In this document: positions 63,307 to 64,000 of the stretch, piece by piece
Layout of the letters: each line of letters opens with the position of its first letter
How positions within the stretch are numbered: the first letter of the stretch is position 1
Origin: Clostridia bacterium
GTDB lineage: Bacteria; Bacillota; Clostridia; Oscillospirales; QAKW01
Direction of reading: 5' to 3'
Assembly: GCA_017464525.1 (NCBI GenBank)
Contig: JAFTZM010000041.1
Location: forward strand, 12,435-76,434
Length of the DNA: 64,000 nucleotides
The notes under the pieces: model-generated
Seen by the model: the letters and a program-made list of their open reading frames with translations, nothing else
Database searches by the model: none
What the model was told of the DNA's origin: nothing
Position numbers and translations under genes: made by a program

Positions 63307-63358
63307 ACTCATAAGTTAGCACACGCTAACCAGTAACCTCCTCCGAAAGGAAACCACC

Positions 63359-63904
63359 ATGTCCGAGGAACTGATCATTCGCCATTGTTCCCCCACATTG
63401 GCGGGAATGAAAACTGCCAATATGTTCAGCTGCCCCTGCGAAAATGCGGAAGAAATGAAGGAAAAGCTGCGCTTTTTTAACCGTATTTTAAGCAAAAAAG
63501 GGTTGCGTTTGCTGCCCCTGCGGCTGCAAAAGGGCCGAGCACTGATCTATCTTTATCGCCCGGCGCAGCTGGGCCGGGATCTGCAGCACCGGGATGCCTT
63601 CCGCCTGCTGCAGGAGCGGGGCTACTGCTGCCGCACCCCCGAACGGTGCATCTTCCACCTGCGGCAGCGGCTGGCAGAAACGGAAGATTTTCCCCATGAG
63701 ATCGGCCTCTTTTTGGGCTATCCCCCGGAGGATGTGGAGGGCTTTATCCAGCATAAAAGCCCCACCTTATCCGGTCCCTGGAAGGTCTACGGAGATCCTC
63801 TGCCTGCCCAAAAGCGTTTCGATCAATATAAAAAATGCACCGCCGTTTACTGCGCCAAGTGGCAAAAGGGCAGATCCCTTGAAAAATTAACGGTTGCATC
63901 ATAA
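63359..63904 (+). CDS. DUF3793-family protein
   Basis: 181 aa. I recall the N-terminal HCSPTLAGMKTANMF and the FPHEIGLFLGYPPEDVEGFI patterns from DUF3793 proteins of Clostridia. Confidence 0.55.
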   Translation: MSEELIIRHCSPTLAGMKTANMFSCPCENAEEMKEKLRFFNRILSKKGLRLLPLRLQKGRALIYLYRPAQLGRDLQHRDAFRLLQERGYCCRTPERCIFHLRQRLAETEDFPHEIGLFLGYPPEDVEGFIQHKSPTLSGPWKVYGDPLPAQKRFDQYKKCTAVYCAKWQKGRSLEKLTVAS

Positions 63905-64000
63905 AAAAACAGCAGCCACCCCACCATCGCCCCGACTTTCAAAATTGTTGTTCTCCTTGAATGTAAATCCTTTTATCTTCCTTTCACGGGGCGATGCTGG

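Overview
This 64-kb window looks like chromosomal DNA from a GC-rich (about 55-58%) spore-forming Firmicute, probably a Clostridia-like gut organism. That guess rests on GGAGG-type Shine-Dalgarno sites, near-consensus TTGACA-17-TATAAT promoters, and spoVB-, pdaA- and glpP-like genes. I call about 42 protein genes, one tRNA-Val(GAC), two MITE-like repeat families and two candidate small RNAs. Most genes are ordinary: typA, metF plus a split metH, an amino-acid ABC importer, PiT, MATE, GltS, GH2, an ABC exporter, and peptidoglycan or sporulation enzymes.

Main observations:
1. A tightly packed five-gene minus-strand operon (44156-58115) encodes an exported vWA protein, a 1229-aa FtsZ/tubulin-superfamily GTPase, a 716-aa unknown membrane protein, a 1823-aa polytopic protein with an HExxH metalloprotease module and a transglutaminase-like Cys-His-Asp module, and a small membrane zinc-ribbon protein. 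An ECF-like sigma / anti-sigma / TM-Rossmann-RyR operon (41236-44030) follows it directly. I regard this as the best candidate for an undescribed system.
2. An orphan CARF/Card1-like protein is co-transcribed with an 1125-aa soluble ClpB-D2 + REC-like + FtsH-AAA + M41 protease fusion (21882-26537).
3. The first 7 kb is one minus-strand gene of more than 2300 codons (GH78 rhamnosidase + GLUG-like repeats + SGNH esterase). It is absent from the supplied ORF track because it runs off the window edge.
4. Two families of TIR-bounded non-coding elements of about 220-270 bp each also occur as a collapsed TIR-only hairpin.
5. A promoter-to-terminator unit next to the tRNA carries four ATGTAATC/GATTACAT octamers.

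All domain calls come from reading motifs by eye. No HMM, BLAST or structure search was run.
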